In this document: piece by piece, positions 37,542 through 51,302 of the stretch | Numbering within the stretch: the stretch's first letter is position 1 | Layout of the letters: every line of letters starts with the position of its first letter | NCBI GenBank assembly: GCA_030295235.1 | Contig: AP026130.1 | Span: 744,001-808,000 of the forward strand | DNA length: 64,000 bases | Origin: Fistulifera solaris | Taxonomy: Eukaryota | Reading direction: 5' to 3' | Position numbers and translations under genes: made by a program | The notes under the pieces: generated by a model | Told to the model about the DNA's origin: nothing | The model's input: only the letters and a program-made list of their open reading frames with translations | The model's database searches: none

Positions 37542-39569
37542 TCAGCGTGCGCCATTAGCACCATGCATCACTCGTGCCGCACTGACTACATCATCCAGAC
37601 AACGCTTGAATGACGTACAAAAGTTCTCTGCTTTCAAACGAGCAATGCAACGATCGGCGTTATTCCCGCATATAATTGCTGTTTCTGCTGCCACGTGCAA
37701 AACAATCAAACGTTTCTCTTTCGCAACGTCATCAGTAGTGCCTTTCTCTTCCTGTGAAGACAAGTATCCGAGGCAAGCAACTAGTCCGCAAATCAGTTTG
37801 TTGGCGTGTTTATGCATAATAGGATGAGCCGCCGCGAGAAGATTAGAAAGAGCCACCACTGCTAAGAGAGGTACTTGACGCCCGTGAACACTGAATTCAC
37901 TTGCATCCGTCAGACGAACAATGGGAAGCAAGGCAGACAACCCCAAACGCCCAACTTCCATAGCATCAGCATTCTCCTGTTGCACATGATCGTACAAAAG
38001 CGGAATCAGAACAATTAAAAGGCCCCACACCAGCTTTTCGTCTGATGTACGGTGTCGGGCAGTATCTAAAATGGTGAACCACTGCTGTGTTGCTTGACGT
38101 CTGCGCATTTGCACGTCGGAGCGCTGGCTCTGCAAAAGTCGTAACAAATGACGCTGCGCAGTGCCGACCAATACGAGTGTACGTCCATTCCGACAAGTCT
38201 TTGCCACAATGTCAAGTGCCGTAAACAGATTTTCTGCCTGTTCTATCAGTGTTCTGGGAAAATCTCCAGCATTGAAATGAACTTTTTTAGTCATGAAAAG
38301 TAAGTGGAGCAGCAAGATAGATCCCTTGCCAATCGAGACATCATTGCTTGCTCCCAAAAGCTCGTAACAAATAGGAATGAATTCGGAAATGGTGGCCCGT
38401 ACGGATTTGGCGTCGCCTGAATCCTTTATTAGAGCCAGAAAGGTCAGCACAGCATGTAAGCGGGATGGAATCTTTTCGTAAGGTTTGCTGTTCATTGTAT
38501 TTTTCTCCCTTTCTTCTTGCTGTTTAGCCGTAGAAATGGCTTCGAAGTGTCCCAGATTCAGTTCGTAGCGCGGGGATCGTTCAATATGTTCATTTCTTGG
38601 ATCGGCCATGTCTCGTCCAAAAAAGTGAGCGCGCAGAGCTTTGACGATCTCATCGTATCCAAAATTCAACAAGACCATGGTTTGAATTTCAGCACTTCCA
38701 AGCTGATCTACGGCTTCTTCTTGTATGGTATCTCCGGCGCAAGTCAACAAAAGATACTTCCAAATAGTAGGTATGATTGACGTCTCCGATTGAGATCCCA
38801 TCCAAACACGTCCCGAGGATCGGTACACGGCAAAATCCATGGGCTCCGCGGCATAAATATCTTCTAAAAACTTCCGTTGGGTGGTTGGGGGTGGCACCAG
38901 TATTGAGAAATACGAAACAGCGCATCGGGTAGTCGAGGTTCAATGTCTTGGGGATCGACCCAACATTTCGTGCAGCCAAGAAGTGTACACACCAGTCGGC
39001 CCATCGCTTTTGTTGATAGACTCCCTGGTGAAAGACTGCACATTCTGGTGTAGTTTTCAATCAGTCGCCACATCGTTTTATATGCCCTGTTTGCCAAATT
39101 TTTTTGACCTGTCGATTCTCCCTCTTCGCCACGAAACACAGAGGCGGTAAGAACTGTAAGATCGCTTGCCATCAAATCCAGAGACTTTGACAGATCAGCT
39201 TTGCAAGTGAGCTTTAACAATAAGCCATTCTCGGTAAGCCTATGAAGGTAGCATCGAAATAACAATTCAAAATGCGTAAGAACCGGCACTCCCGTCGACT
39301 GAATACGATAAGATCCAAAATCGGTTACACTCAGGTACTCCGAACGTATTCTCTTTTCGTAGGAATGAATCATTCCGGTAATCATTGTACTTGAGGTTTC
39401 AGCATCACTTGAGTTTGTTAGAAGCGCACCTAAAAGGTGCTGAACAACAGGCGGAAGAACCGGTTCTTGGGTTGACGGATCCAGCACGTCGTAATCTCGC
39501 TCTTCCCTCATCCTGGTGAACGGGCTGTCTGTAATGCTCCACAAGCTGTGTAATAAGGGTATCTATCAT
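37542..39569 (-). CDS. Alpha-helical (ARM/HEAT-like) protein, possibly TTI2-like; frameshifted
   Basis: Three overlapping ORFs join into a Leu-rich helical protein of roughly 670 aa. FIPICYELL...KGSILLLHLL and LSNLLAAAHPIMHKH weakly recall Tti2. Confidence 0.5.
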
Positions 39570-39981
39570 TGTTCGATTTCAGATAGGTCATCGGGTTGAA
39601 TATTTTGTTATGATTTGTTCGCAGTGTTTGTCGTCGTTATTTTGTCGTTTTTGTTTCATTTTTCACTTCGCTGCACGCGGTACCGCTAAGACAATTTTTT
39701 ATAGAGCTCTTAGCTTTTTTTACCAAGTGTATTTAGTACTTCCACGCCTATAAGTGCGATTTTGTATATAAAAAAGAATGTGAGACGCTCAAATTCTTGC
39801 TCCCGAAACGGTACTGGGCTTGCATACACAGGAAGAAAAGATCGCGATGTGCAGATTCACAAGAGCGAAAACGCGCAAAAGATCTTTTTTCTTCTCCGAC
39901 TGCCACAACTTACTTCATTGGTCTTCAATATTGTCCGTTCCAACAGTCAGCATTCTTCTAATTATCATCTAATTCATCAAA

Positions 39982-41021
39982 ATGGGATTTCTAAGCCGCG
40001 CCCTCAAGGAGACTTTCGAGCAGGAAAAGCCCCAGCAACTGCGAGGGGATATCCGCATGATTTCCGGATGCTTGGATTCACAGACAAGCGCCGACGTTTC
40101 CAACGTCCAGTCCTTCCAACTCCCTGATCCTGCTGGTGAAGCGGGCGGGGCCTGTACCAGTGCTTTATTGAACATTGTCTACAAGGATCATCACAACACG
40201 GCGGCGGATCTTTCGTTCACCGAAGTTCTCACGCAGATGCGTTCCATGCTGAAGGCGAAGAGATACTCTCAGGTTCCTCAGGTAAGATACCACTGAAAAG
40301 AATCAAGGCCGGTTTTTCGGCATAACATAAACTAATGTATTGCTCTCTCTTCTAGATGTCGGCCTCTCGAGAAATTGATGTCAACACCAAGTTTGATCTG
40401 GTACCAGACAACGCCACAGGAACAAAACGAGCTGTACTAGTGGGCATCAATTACATCGGTCACTCGCAAGGCGTTTTGAGTGGATGTCACAATGACGTTA
40501 AGAACATGGTGGACTATATCAAGGACGTTCACGGCTTTGAGGAGCAAAATATCACCGTGATTATGGACGACGGCGAGCACCCGGAACCGACAAAAGCCAA
40601 CATTGTTGCTGCTTACAAGAAACTGATCGAGGAAAGCCAACCCGGTGACTGCCTTTTCTGTCACTATTCCGGCCACGGTGCCAAGATCAAGGACGATGAA
40701 CAAGGCGAAGAGAAAGATGGTTATGATGAAGTGCTAGTACCTGTTGATTACGAGCAGGCTGGCATGATCCGCGACGACGATCTGTTTGATATTCTGATTC
40801 GACCTATGCAGCAGGGTGTTTCTTTGTTTTGCTTGATGGACTGCTGCCACTCCGGAACAGTTATGGATCTTCCTTACATTTTCAAAGCCGACGGTATTTT
40901 CGAGAACATGGAAATCGACGAGAACTTTGATTTTGAAAAGTTGTTCAAAAAGGTTGGTGAGGTGGCCGTCCGTGAGCTTGGAAATTACGTCAAGAACAAG
41001 TACTTGAAAGACGTCTTGTAA
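39982..41021 (+). CDS. Type III metacaspase (p10 domain N-terminal to p20)
   Basis: Exon 1 is p10 (ISGCLDSQTSAD, GGACTSAL, YSQVPQ). After intron 40282-40355, exon 2 is p20 (KRAVLVGINY, HYSGHG, DCCHSG catalytic dyad). Confidence 0.93.
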
Positions 41022-41448
41022 AAGTTACAGTGTTTTGTTTATCAGCCGTGGTGCTTCGGAGGCTTTGGCATGATCAAAGTTCGCTAACAGTTAATAGCGA
41101 TGATAGAAAATGTCTCTGTTGCATCTACCTTTTGAGAGTTATTAAGCTAACAAGCCTTCCTAGGTCTGGTGATCTGGCTCGTTCTAGACTATGTCTCGTT
41201 GCATCTCCTTCGTCTCTAGCCGTTATAGCCGCATCATGTCCGAAATTCTGAATCAGGTGGGAAAGTACTTTTTACGTTATAGTCCGACTGTCATCGTCAG
41301 TCCGTGCGACTTTTTCTTTTCGTTTGTCGTCACCATCCGCCACATCCGAAGAAAAATTTGCGGCCATTGTTACTTTTCTATTGTTGCGACGCAAAGATGT
41401 CAAGGTTTCCATTGCAATAATCACCTTCCAAACGCGAAAATACACCAA

Positions 41449-43745
41449 ATGAACTCCTCACCTCACACTTATTGCTGCCGAAGACTCAGGGGCTTTCTCT
41501 CTTTAATTGTAACATTAGCAGCCCTTTCGGACGTTCATTCTTTTCACATACATCTCGTGTTCTACAACATCCGCAAAGGAGCCAAGCCTTCAATCGGCAA
41601 TGCGTTTTATTACCGTCTACTTCGATCGATGAAGCCTCTGCTTTTGAGCTAGAATACTACAATCCGAATGAAATTCATCCAAAGACAAAATCACTAAGAA
41701 AAAGTGCCATCTTCTTTGGCGAAACTGTGCTACAAATGATTTCCGAAAGTCGCAGCAAACGAAAGTACCGAAAATTGAAAAAGAATTTAAAGAAGGCTAA
41801 AGGAAAGAAAGAGCAAATATCATGGAGGGATCGACTAAGAGAACTAGACGAACAACGACGGAATTTGGTGACCTTGGCAGATTATACGGCTTCCATTGTC
41901 GTGCCTTCATTTTCTTTTCTAATACTGGGAGCTTTCATGATGAGTGTGATACCGCACTTTGAAGCACGTTGCGTTTCGTTAGTTGCCACGATGGACCCTA
42001 GCAGGCCGAAGTTGATCAAAGCACTGATGGGTTTGGGGATCAGCACGACTCTCTGTGCCTATTTCACTGGAATGCGCGGCACGTTATTTTGGATCGCCGG
42101 TACGCGGGTCAATTACAACGTTCGCGTGAAACTGCATCGTAATTTGTTGCTTCAAGAGGCCGCTTTTATGACTCCAATGAGACGGGATATTTGTTGAGTC
42201 GTCTCAACAATGACGTCAATAAGATTGGGAATGTGGTATCTTATCACGTGAATGTCGTCTTCCGTCAACTGGCTCAATTCATTTTTGGAAGCATTTATTT
42301 ACTCAAAATAGCACCTCGACTCGCGCTTTACGCATTCGGTGGCATTGCTCTCGTTGGTTGGATTTCGATGATATACGGAAAATTCAACCGATACCTAAGG
42401 TGAGTTTAATGGGGATGATTCCGTGGTGTTCTGCTCAGATGCGTTCTAATCGCCCGCAATAGTCAAAAGTACAAGATAGTTTTGCTGACGGTACAGCTGT
42501 AGCTGAAACGTCTTTCTCAATGTCGGAGACCATTCGTGCCTTTGATGGGGTTGCAGTTGAATCAGAAAAGTATGAGAATGCGCAACACAAGGCTCTTGAG
42601 CTAGAAGAAGTGCAAGCGTGGGGCTACGGGACGCATAAATTTATCAGTGACGGTCTACAATATGGCTTGAAAACGCTATTGTTGTTTGCTTGCTGGAGAG
42701 CTGGGCTAAATGGTAACTTGCCTGCGTCGCAGCTCACTGCGTTTTTGTTTTATACCGATTTCGTTCTGGAATCTTCGAATGAAGTTGGAGACCAGTGGGC
42801 AAAGATTCAGGGCGCATTTGGTGCCAGTACGAGTGTATTTGAACTGATTCGTCGCATTCCGGCAGTACGAGACCCACCACGAGCACGGGGGACTGATTCG
42901 GCCGCTAGCGGATTGTTAGTCAATGGTGCAACGGCATCCAAACCGATCGTAACCCTCGATGACGTGACTTTGAAATATGAAGCAATGGAGTCTCCTGCTC
43001 TTACTCATGTCAATCTAGGCATTCATGCCGGTGACCGCGTTGCCATTGTTGGAAGGAGCGGCAGTGGAAAATCAAGCGTTCTTCGCAGTATACTCCGGTT
43101 TTACGATCCCGATGAGGGAAAAATTGAGATTGAGGGTAAGAACCTCAAAGATATGTCCCGAAAGGAGTTAGCGTCGCTACTTGCGCTGGTTTCGCAGGAA
43201 CCTGACCTTTTCCCCATGACTTTGATGGAGAATGTATTATACGGCATTGATAAAGATGCAACCGACTCGGTCACCGGCGAACCATGTTATAGTGACGAGC
43301 TTCGAAAGAGAACTGAGCAATGTCTGCAACTCTCGGGATTACCAGTTGGGCCTGGCAACGATCTGAATTTGACGCTGGACACTCGAGTCGGAGAAGGTGG
43401 CCGCGGACTGTCTGGTGGCCAAAGACAACGAGTTGCTATCGCTCGTGCATTGATAAGATCTCCCACAGTACTGCTTCTGGATGAACCCACTTCGGCGTTG
43501 GATTCTCAATCGGAAAATGCGTGCTGTCTGCTTTACAGACTGCTCTAGAAAACTGCAAATGCATGGTCATGGTGACACATCGTCTTGGGGCAGTGCGTGC
43601 ACTGGGTGTCAATCGCGTGATCGTGATGGAGAAGGGTGCTATTGTAGAATCAGGTCATCCCGAACAGCTTCTTCGAGACAAGGATAGCCTTTACACTTCG
43701 CTAGCGCGAGAGCAAGGGATTGTCGCCCAGAGTATTGAAACATAA
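41449..43745 (+). CDS. ABCB-family half transporter (TMD-NBD), signal-peptide bearing
   Basis: LSRLNND, Walker A GRSGSGKS, VSQEP, LSGGQRQR, LLLDEPTSALD and VTHRL. Intron ~42400-42462; several frameshifts. Confidence 0.9.
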
Positions 43746-44345
43746 GATAACAGATCTTGCCTCCCCCTGAAACGAAGAAGAGCTCTAAATAAAAGTTGTT
43801 CGGGTTTCAGGATGCTGTAAGCAGACGGCAGTATTGTTTGCGTTTGCGGTAGCGTCCACAAACAAGATGCTCCGATGACTATCAACCTGCATTGCTCGTT
43901 AAAAATAAAGGCTTTGGCTTGGATTTCTAGAAAGTAAAATGATCTCCTTGCATTAGTTTGTGGTGGAAACGTTGACCTTACAAAGTAGTTTATTAGCCAT
44001 TAACCTTATGGCGAGCTCGCGTGGCTTCGTCGCTCAGTTGAGAGCAAGATTTCTGATTTCACGTTTCGCGTCTCCCAGTACCAGTACCCCATTGACGTTT
44101 TGTATCTAAAGTGACGAGTGTAGACGGTAGACGTCAGCATGTTCCGTTTCTGCGGCAAGCTGCACGCTTCGCCCGCATGGAAGAAGTGAGAAGTGAGAAC
44201 GGCGCACACAACACAAAATGCCTCAGTCCTCTTCTATTCTTTCTTCTTCCAATAAATTCCGATTGAACCCTTCTACAAAAATTAACTAAACATCAAGACG
44301 AAGGAAACGTGAGCAGTTACCATTCGCATTGTAAAAATAGGAGAG

Positions 44346-45310
44346 ATGGGATTAGTGAACTTCAGCGTTCTCGGACTAATTTCTTGGTTGATTTCTCAAT
44401 TCGGCCTGTCTGTCTCGGCATTCTCGTTACGGTCCATATACTCTAGCCATCGACCCCTTTGGTCGACGAGGACAACTGATGTCGAGGAGCCTCATTTTAC
44501 GGCTGAAAGGTTATTTAAGTCGGCAGATTTTTTGGAAGTTGTTCTTTCGGAGCACAAGCCGCTGGGTTGCACCGTGGAAGAGAGCCTAGCTTCTGCCGTC
44601 ATTGAAGTAGGCGACAATACACAGATGAAACTCGATTACGTGTTCTTAAGTGCAGTAAAACCGGGAGGAAACGCGGAGATGGCGGGATTGCTGGTTGGTG
44701 ATGTTGTGGTGGGTGTGACTGGGATTTTCGGAGAGTTAGAAAATGTGGCGGGGCTTGGCATCGATAAAGTGTAAGAAGGGTGTGTAGTTTTGTCATGATT
44801 CGCTTGCAACACTCATTTCCAGGTTACCCTATATCATACAGGAGAGGTCTAGTAGCGGCACGTTCCGAAGATCAGCCGCTTACGATACGTGTGGCTCGAG
44901 GAACCTCGGTTTTGAATGATCATGAACGAGCACTCGTTGACTTGTGCAGCGACCCCACTCTCGATGGTAAAGAAACCGAGGAATGCATTGTATCCTTCTT
45001 AAAACAAGGTTATGAAACAGATGATAGCACTTCGGAAGGTGGGATAGGTGAGGTAAAGGATTTCGTCAACGGTGCTAATGTTGGATCCTTGAACGGATCC
45101 AATCAGCTAGAAGCGGAGGATTTGGTCGGTAATTTGCTTAGCATGTGGGCTGAAGATATGGACTTACCCGTATCAAAGGCTGCAGATTCTACATTACCAA
45201 CAAAGGAAGAGGTTGCAGCTAAACCTAAGCCATGGAGTTCACGCTCGTCCCCCTCGGGGACGTTTATTCGTGATCCCAGGACGGGCGAAATGCGTAACAT
45301 CGATTCATAA
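44346..45310 (+). CDS. Plastid-targeted PDZ-like domain protein
   Basis: Signal peptide plus VSA|FSL, and KPLGCTVEES...GGNAEMAGLLVGDVVVGV (PDZ-like). Intron ~44770-44841. Confidence 0.65.
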
Positions 45311-45384
45311 CCGTCGTTGATACACTAATGGACAAATATGATCATAGATGCAATGACTAACGTTGCTAAAAATGTATTAGAATT

Positions 45385-47734
45385 TTAAACTTTGTCGAAA
45401 AAGTGCGCCCATTTTGCGAGTTTCTCCTTTAGTTTGGGGACGAAAAATTCCTCGACTTTCTGGTTCACATAACAGTTGTAGGCCCAGCCATCGTCTGTAG
45501 CGTTGTTCTCGTTCTGTTGTGATGTATCCTCAGGCCACGGTATACCTAGTCGACAGAGCCCCTGCTGCCGCTTCGGTAGCTTTTTGCTTTCAATACTGCA
45601 GGCACGTTCCCATCCTGCCGTGTCTTGTCTGGCCACTGCTTTCGTGTGTATCATCAAACCCTCTTCTTTCTCGTTTGCAAAACGTTGTCGCGGATCTGGG
45701 AAGGCACGGTTTTTCCATCGGAATCCTTCCTTGATGTACTCTGTTCTGTTTTTCTCCGACAGCTGCGTCACTGCCGAGTAATGGACAAAGTGCTGGAGCA
45801 CGTAATCTGCCGTGTACAGTTGCTTTTCGGCCGGCATGGTTGATGTCTTCTCTCCCGGCTTCTGTCGGTCACAGTTGTACGCTTGTAACATGGTATTCGA
45901 AAGAGGAACCCTGAGATCGAAACAAGGTTCGTTACTCCAACACACTTCTTTGTCGTTTATGGGTTCCGGTGTTTCCACAAATTTCCATCGGGGCCAAGCG
46001 CGCCAGGAACCAAAGGAAACAATCTTAGTTCCCTCTTCTTCTAACTCATCCAACAATGAGGTAACGTTGTTGTGTTTCCCCATGGGTACCAAATACTCGT
46101 CAATGTCAAATTGACCGATCCAGTCCACATGCGGGCCGAATCGCAGACGACACGACGACTCAGCCGCATACTGCGATGAACGCTCCCCGACACTATCCAC
46201 ATTGTTCGGATTGTTGTTGCAGATCTTGGCTGGCCAAGGAATATAGGTGATTTTGCCCGGAAACAGATCCACAACGGGCTTCAAGGACGACTCGGCACTG
46301 AATGCTCCGGAATTGTCGTAGACATAAAAGTGATCAAATCCCAGAATTGAATTGTAGCTGATCCACTCCAACAATCTTCTTTGACCATCATTGATAGCAA
46401 AGCGATTACCGCGCGTCGCATACCCTGAGGAAGCCCACAGACACGATACCAAACGGTGCTTTTTCAAAGGCTCGTCGGGCGACACGACCGCGTTTTCCGA
46501 GTCCTCATTTTCGTTGTAGGGTCCGTACGTCATGAGCGACGGCTTACAAATAGGAATATTTTCCCAGCGACCCGAATCTTCGATGCGGGGCAGAATGTGT
46601 TCCTTCCCCCAAACTTGATCCGGATCAAAACGGACGGCGGGGCTTTTGTCGTTGAATTCATCATATTTGGGCACCAAATACTGGTTTGGCGGTCCCCAAC
46701 GAGGGCTGGTGCGGATGGGAATCAGATCGACAAACAATGATGCCCAATCATCCTGCACGGTTTCACCGATACGGATCTGTTCTTGGAGTGATTCGGGCAC
46801 CGGACAGCGAAAGATCAACTGAGTCGTGTGAATTTGTTTGATGCCACCATCATCTTCGGCAAAACTGACTTTGTAATGTTTGCGATACGACGCCCAGTCA
46901 TAATCAAAATTGTACACACTCAAGGTTTCCTCCATCGATGGTTTGAAGCGACAGATGAAACGCGTCGCCATGGCATCAGGATCCGCGTCATCGTGCGAGG
47001 CCAATCGGTATCGACCCTCCTCCACCCGTTTCACCGACACGTGTTGGAATAAGGACGCCTGTGGAGCCATGTGTGCCAAAATATCCTTCTCTTTCGATCC
47101 CGTCCGACAACGACGTTTGTTTTGTGCCACAAATTGAATATATTTTCCGTCGGCCGTGGGAAAGACGTCATGAATCCACGGCAAAAGGGATCTTCGTCCG
47201 TCGGCGGATCGTCCATGGGCCATTGTTGCGTCAATTTCGAACATGAAGACAGCCGCGTGTACGAAATCTTTTGAGTTGGTCGGCTGTGGCGGTTTGTCGA
47301 ACCGGCAATGGTTGTATTTTCCAGTCGTCGTAATTGAGAGGTTCTAAATAAGCCTGCAAGACATTTTCCGGTGTAGGATGTTGTTGAATGGGTGGATCAT
47401 CCATATACAAGATGGGGGCATCTTTGGGGTCCAGTTCTACCAAGTGATCCGGCTCGACTCCAGCGCCAAATTCTAATTCGAGATGGTGCCGTCGTACGGG
47501 GTCTTTTTTGTTTTTCACAGAATCCTGTGCGGCCGTTCGCAGCGATATCGGTGCATTATTTTTATCGTTCGCTTCTTGCTGTGATGAGGACAAGCTTGAA
47601 CGAGCCACGTAAAGAATCATGATTAAATATCCCATGCCGAGGCATAGTAATATGACGCCGATGAACATTGCTCGCATCCCCCGCTTCTTGCGTCTCCGCA
47701 ACGCCATAGATCGATTTGTTGCTACGCCCACCAT
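45385..47734 (-). CDS. GT92/GT-A-like glycosyltransferase, paralog of 29875..32227
   Basis: TM anchor, DPFLPWIHD, FVAQNKRRC, LLEWISYNSILGFDHFYVYDNS, GERSSQYAAESSC and FDIDEYLVP. Two frameshifts near 47185 and 47270. Confidence 0.85.
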
Positions 47735-47945
47735 ATTTGAAATCAAGTGCTATACACTAGAAATAAAAAGATATTTCGGAGAGTAAGTAGTCTAACTGCG
47801 CTGATAATAAGATCGACGAGCAATCTTCGACACGGTCATTGTGGTTGCGATGGTGAAAGTCTTTTTCTTGTTCTACGCATTGGAGTAACTACGTTTCCAG
47901 AAATTCTGGCCGATTGCTGTAATCACGTTTCCTTGATCACGTATT

Positions 47946-48358
47946 GATTCATGACACACGACTGAAATGCAGTCGTGGTCTCGTAGAACCATCTCTTTGG
48001 GTCCATAGTAAAATACGGAAGAGAACGTTTCGCTAGGCTCTTCGACTTCAAAAAAATAATGATGTTTAATGCAAAAGCTGCTAAAGCTCATTTCATTGCA
48101 GCAATGACAAATGGAGCTCAGAATTTGTTTCTAAATGAGCGTTTTGTAGGCAGCACTGTCGGTCGAAAGAGTAATGATTCATGACTGAAGTGCAATCGGG
48201 CGAAATACGGACAACACTTCGGTCTATAGTAAATAGGGAAGACAGCGTTTCGCAAGGCTCTTCGACGCAAAAGAATAACAGCGTGTAATTCAAAAGCTGC
48301 TAAAGACTTTTGCATTGTAATAACGACAAATGGAGCTCAGAATGTGTTTCTAAATGAA
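47946..48358. repeat. Diverged tandem duplication (~223-bp period); each unit starts with the dispersed palindromic element
   Basis: Both units share cgtttcgc.aggctcttcgac, caaaagctgctaaag and gacaaatggagctcagaat.tgtttctaaatga. Element copies lie at 47957-48010 and 48180-48231. Confidence 0.85.
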
Positions 48359-48812
48359 TTATACGTCCTTAATTTCGTAAACCTCGACCTCACCATAACC
48401 TTAGTGATACAGTCAAACAACCAGCACCTTGCACGTGTTTTCTTGACGTCAGCGAGAAGAGGTGAAGTTCTGGCTGTGTACTTTATTGTCTATACTCGTG
48501 GCCGATCTTCACGCTGACTCACTGCTTTGGATTTCACGCAGATGACACTTCTCGGCAAAGTCAGCTTTGGATCGTTTTCGATCCTTCTTGTTGCGCGGAG
48601 GAGTGTCGCCCTTCACTTCTGCGTTGGTCATTCGCATCACGTCTCTGCGGAAACGACACCATTGTTGTTCATTCTCAAAACAGTTTGCATTCGTGTTGAC
48701 GATCGAATCATTGCGTCGAGTCAACAACTGGAAGACATTGATAACTTCCTCTCTCACTTTTCAGTCATAAATAACAACAACATCCTTTCAACAATACTAT
48801 AATACAACAACA

Positions 48813-50974
48813 ATGAAGTTTTCTCTTGCCGTCGTCTCCGGTCTCTTCTTCGCCGACCACGCGCTCGCATTCGTGAGTCCTTCTTCGCCACTTCATGTCA
48901 AGAGTCGATTGCACATGGCCGCCGACATGCCACCGGCGCCGGCCAACAATAACTTGCCGGTCGTGCAAGCCAATCCGTACGGACAGCCGTCGGATGTGCG
49001 ATATTCGGACTTTCTTCGTCTCGTCAATGGCGATCGCATTGAGAAGGTGACCTTCAGTTCCGATGGCACTCAACTTTTGGGTGTCGATGTTGACGGTGTC
49101 CGTCTGAAGATTGAATCTCTTCCCAACGATCCGGATCTTCTCACGCAACTCACGGCGCATAAGGTAAGTCTTTATGTGGGTTCTCTTTCTCCGAATTCAT
49201 TGCACCCATTCACTCACCTCATTACGCTTCTCATAGGTCGATGTGACAGTACTTCCGACGCAAGAAGCGAGTGGCCTCGGCGAACTCGCCCAGAGTCTCA
49301 TTTTCCCGGCCATTCTCTTTGCGGGTCTCTTTTTTCCTCAGCCGCCGTTCGGGCGGTGTCGGTGGTATGGGCGGCCCCGGAAATCCCATGGGATTCGGAA
49401 AGAGCAAGGCACAGATTCAAATGGTTCCCGATACGGGTGTGACCTTTGATGATGTTGCCGGATGCGATGGTGCCAAGTTGGAGTTGGCCGAAGTCGTGGA
49501 CTTTTTGAAGCAGCCGGAAGCTTACACCAAGAACGGATGCCGCATTCCCCGTGGTGTCATTTTGGATGGACCTCCCGGCACGGGTAAGACTCTCCTCGCC
49601 AAGGCGGTCGCGGGAGAAGCGGGTGTTCCGTTCATCAGTATCTCGGGTTCCGAGTTTGTGGAAATGTTCGTCGGTGTCGGTGCGTCTCGTGTTCGTGATA
49701 TTTTCTCTCAGGCCCGAAAGAATGCTCCCTGCATCATCTTTATTGATGAGATTGATGCGGTCGGTCGCCAGCGTGGTGCCGGATATGCCGGAGGGAACGA
49801 TGAGCGCGAGCAGACGGTGAACCAAATTCTCGTCGAGATGGATGGTTTCGACGGAAATCCGGGTATCATCACCATTGCCGCTACCAACCGCGTGGACATC
49901 TTGGATCAGGCCTTGCTGCGACCGGGCCGTTTCGATCGCAAGGTCACGGTGGATCTTCCTGATTTCAAGGGCCGCACTCGCATCTTGGGCGTTCATTCCC
50001 GAGGCAAGCCCCTCGAGCCTGATGTCGATTTGGAAGCCATCTCTCGTCGTACCCCCGGTTTCTCGGGTGCTCAGTTGGAGAACTTGATGAACGAGGCGGC
50101 CATTGCTGCGGCACGTGCCAACAAGTCCACGATTGGCTGGGAACAGATTGACGGTGCCGTCGACCGTATCATGGTTGGTTTGGAGAAGAAGGGTGGCAAC
50201 CCCCAGTTGAAGCAGAAAGAGTTGGTCGCTTATCACGAGGCCGGTCACGCCATCGTGGGTGCCTTGGTTCCCGATTACGATCAAGTGCAAAGATTAGCAT
50301 CATCCCGCGTTCCAACGGTGCGGGTGGGTTGACTTTCTTTGCTCCTCAAGAGTCGCGTTTGGAGTCGGGCATGTACAGTCGTCAGTATTTGGAATCCCAG
50401 TTGGCCGTTGCCTTGGGGGGTCGCTTGGCGGAAGAATTGATTTACGGTGAAGACATGGTCACCACGGGTGCCTCGAATGACATTCAACAAGTGGCCAACA
50501 TTGCCAAGCGCATGGTACGCACGATTTATTCAGGAAACGAATGTTTTTTTTTCGTGATTTGTTTTCTCACCAAACTACTTTCTTGAACTCTCTTTGTTAC
50601 AGGTCAAAGAATGGGGAATGAGTGACAAGGTCGGACGCATCGCCCTTTCGGATCCATCAGGCCGTGGCCCTTTTATGGGACTTCGTATGATGCGAAGACA
50701 AACCATGTGGGGAAACAAGATTATGGGTACTGTTGAGGAAGAAGTCGAGCGTTTGGTCAACAATTCTTATTTGATTGCCAAGAAGATCTTATCCGAGAAC
50801 AGGGAGCTCTTGGAGCACTTGAAGAACGAATTGATGGAGCGTGAAGTTGTTTCTGCTGAAGAATTCCAGATGATGCTTGTTCAGTTCAAGGCCCGCACCA
50901 TTGACTACGCCATTGTCGGTGCCGACAGAAACCGCGATCAGCTTCCTTTCCAGTCGATGCCGGCTACTGTTTAA
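48813..50974 (+). CDS. FTSH: Nucleus-encoded plastid FtsH AAA+ zinc metalloprotease
   Basis: ALA|FVSP leader, [48 protein letters not shown] and GASND. Introns ~49164-49236 and ~50515-50601; several frameshifts. Confidence 0.95.
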
Positions 50975-51302
50975 AGGAAGGAAAGAGCACCTTTACTCTC
51001 TCTGTGGCCTTTTACCTTTATCGTGACATTTTCCTTCTACTTTAGTTAGATGTAGATGCACTTCATGCAGACTAAAATACTCTATAAAAAAACTCTTGTC
51101 GATATTCATTTTTGCCTAGCGATCAATATACTTATTAAAGACTCGGGTAATGGATGATAGTGCTATCGTCTCGGAGGAAGAAACGTTTTCCCTTGCAAGA
51201 TTGAACGAGATGAGGGCATTTATTGTTCATTGCAGGAACCACAACGGCTATTATGTTTATTAAAGTCAGAAAATCAGGGGATGGCGAACCGACTCTATAT
51301 TC

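Noticed and set aside
48432..48451. CACGTG plus TGACGTCA upstream of FtsH as a light/bZIP module
   Set aside because: Plausible, but single short motifs cannot be distinguished from chance without conservation data.
49298..50290. 330-aa antisense ORF over FtsH (and similar shadow ORFs at 5226, 21843, 27389 and 57530)
   Set aside because: These are explained by codon bias or overlap with the real gene and carry no protein motifs.
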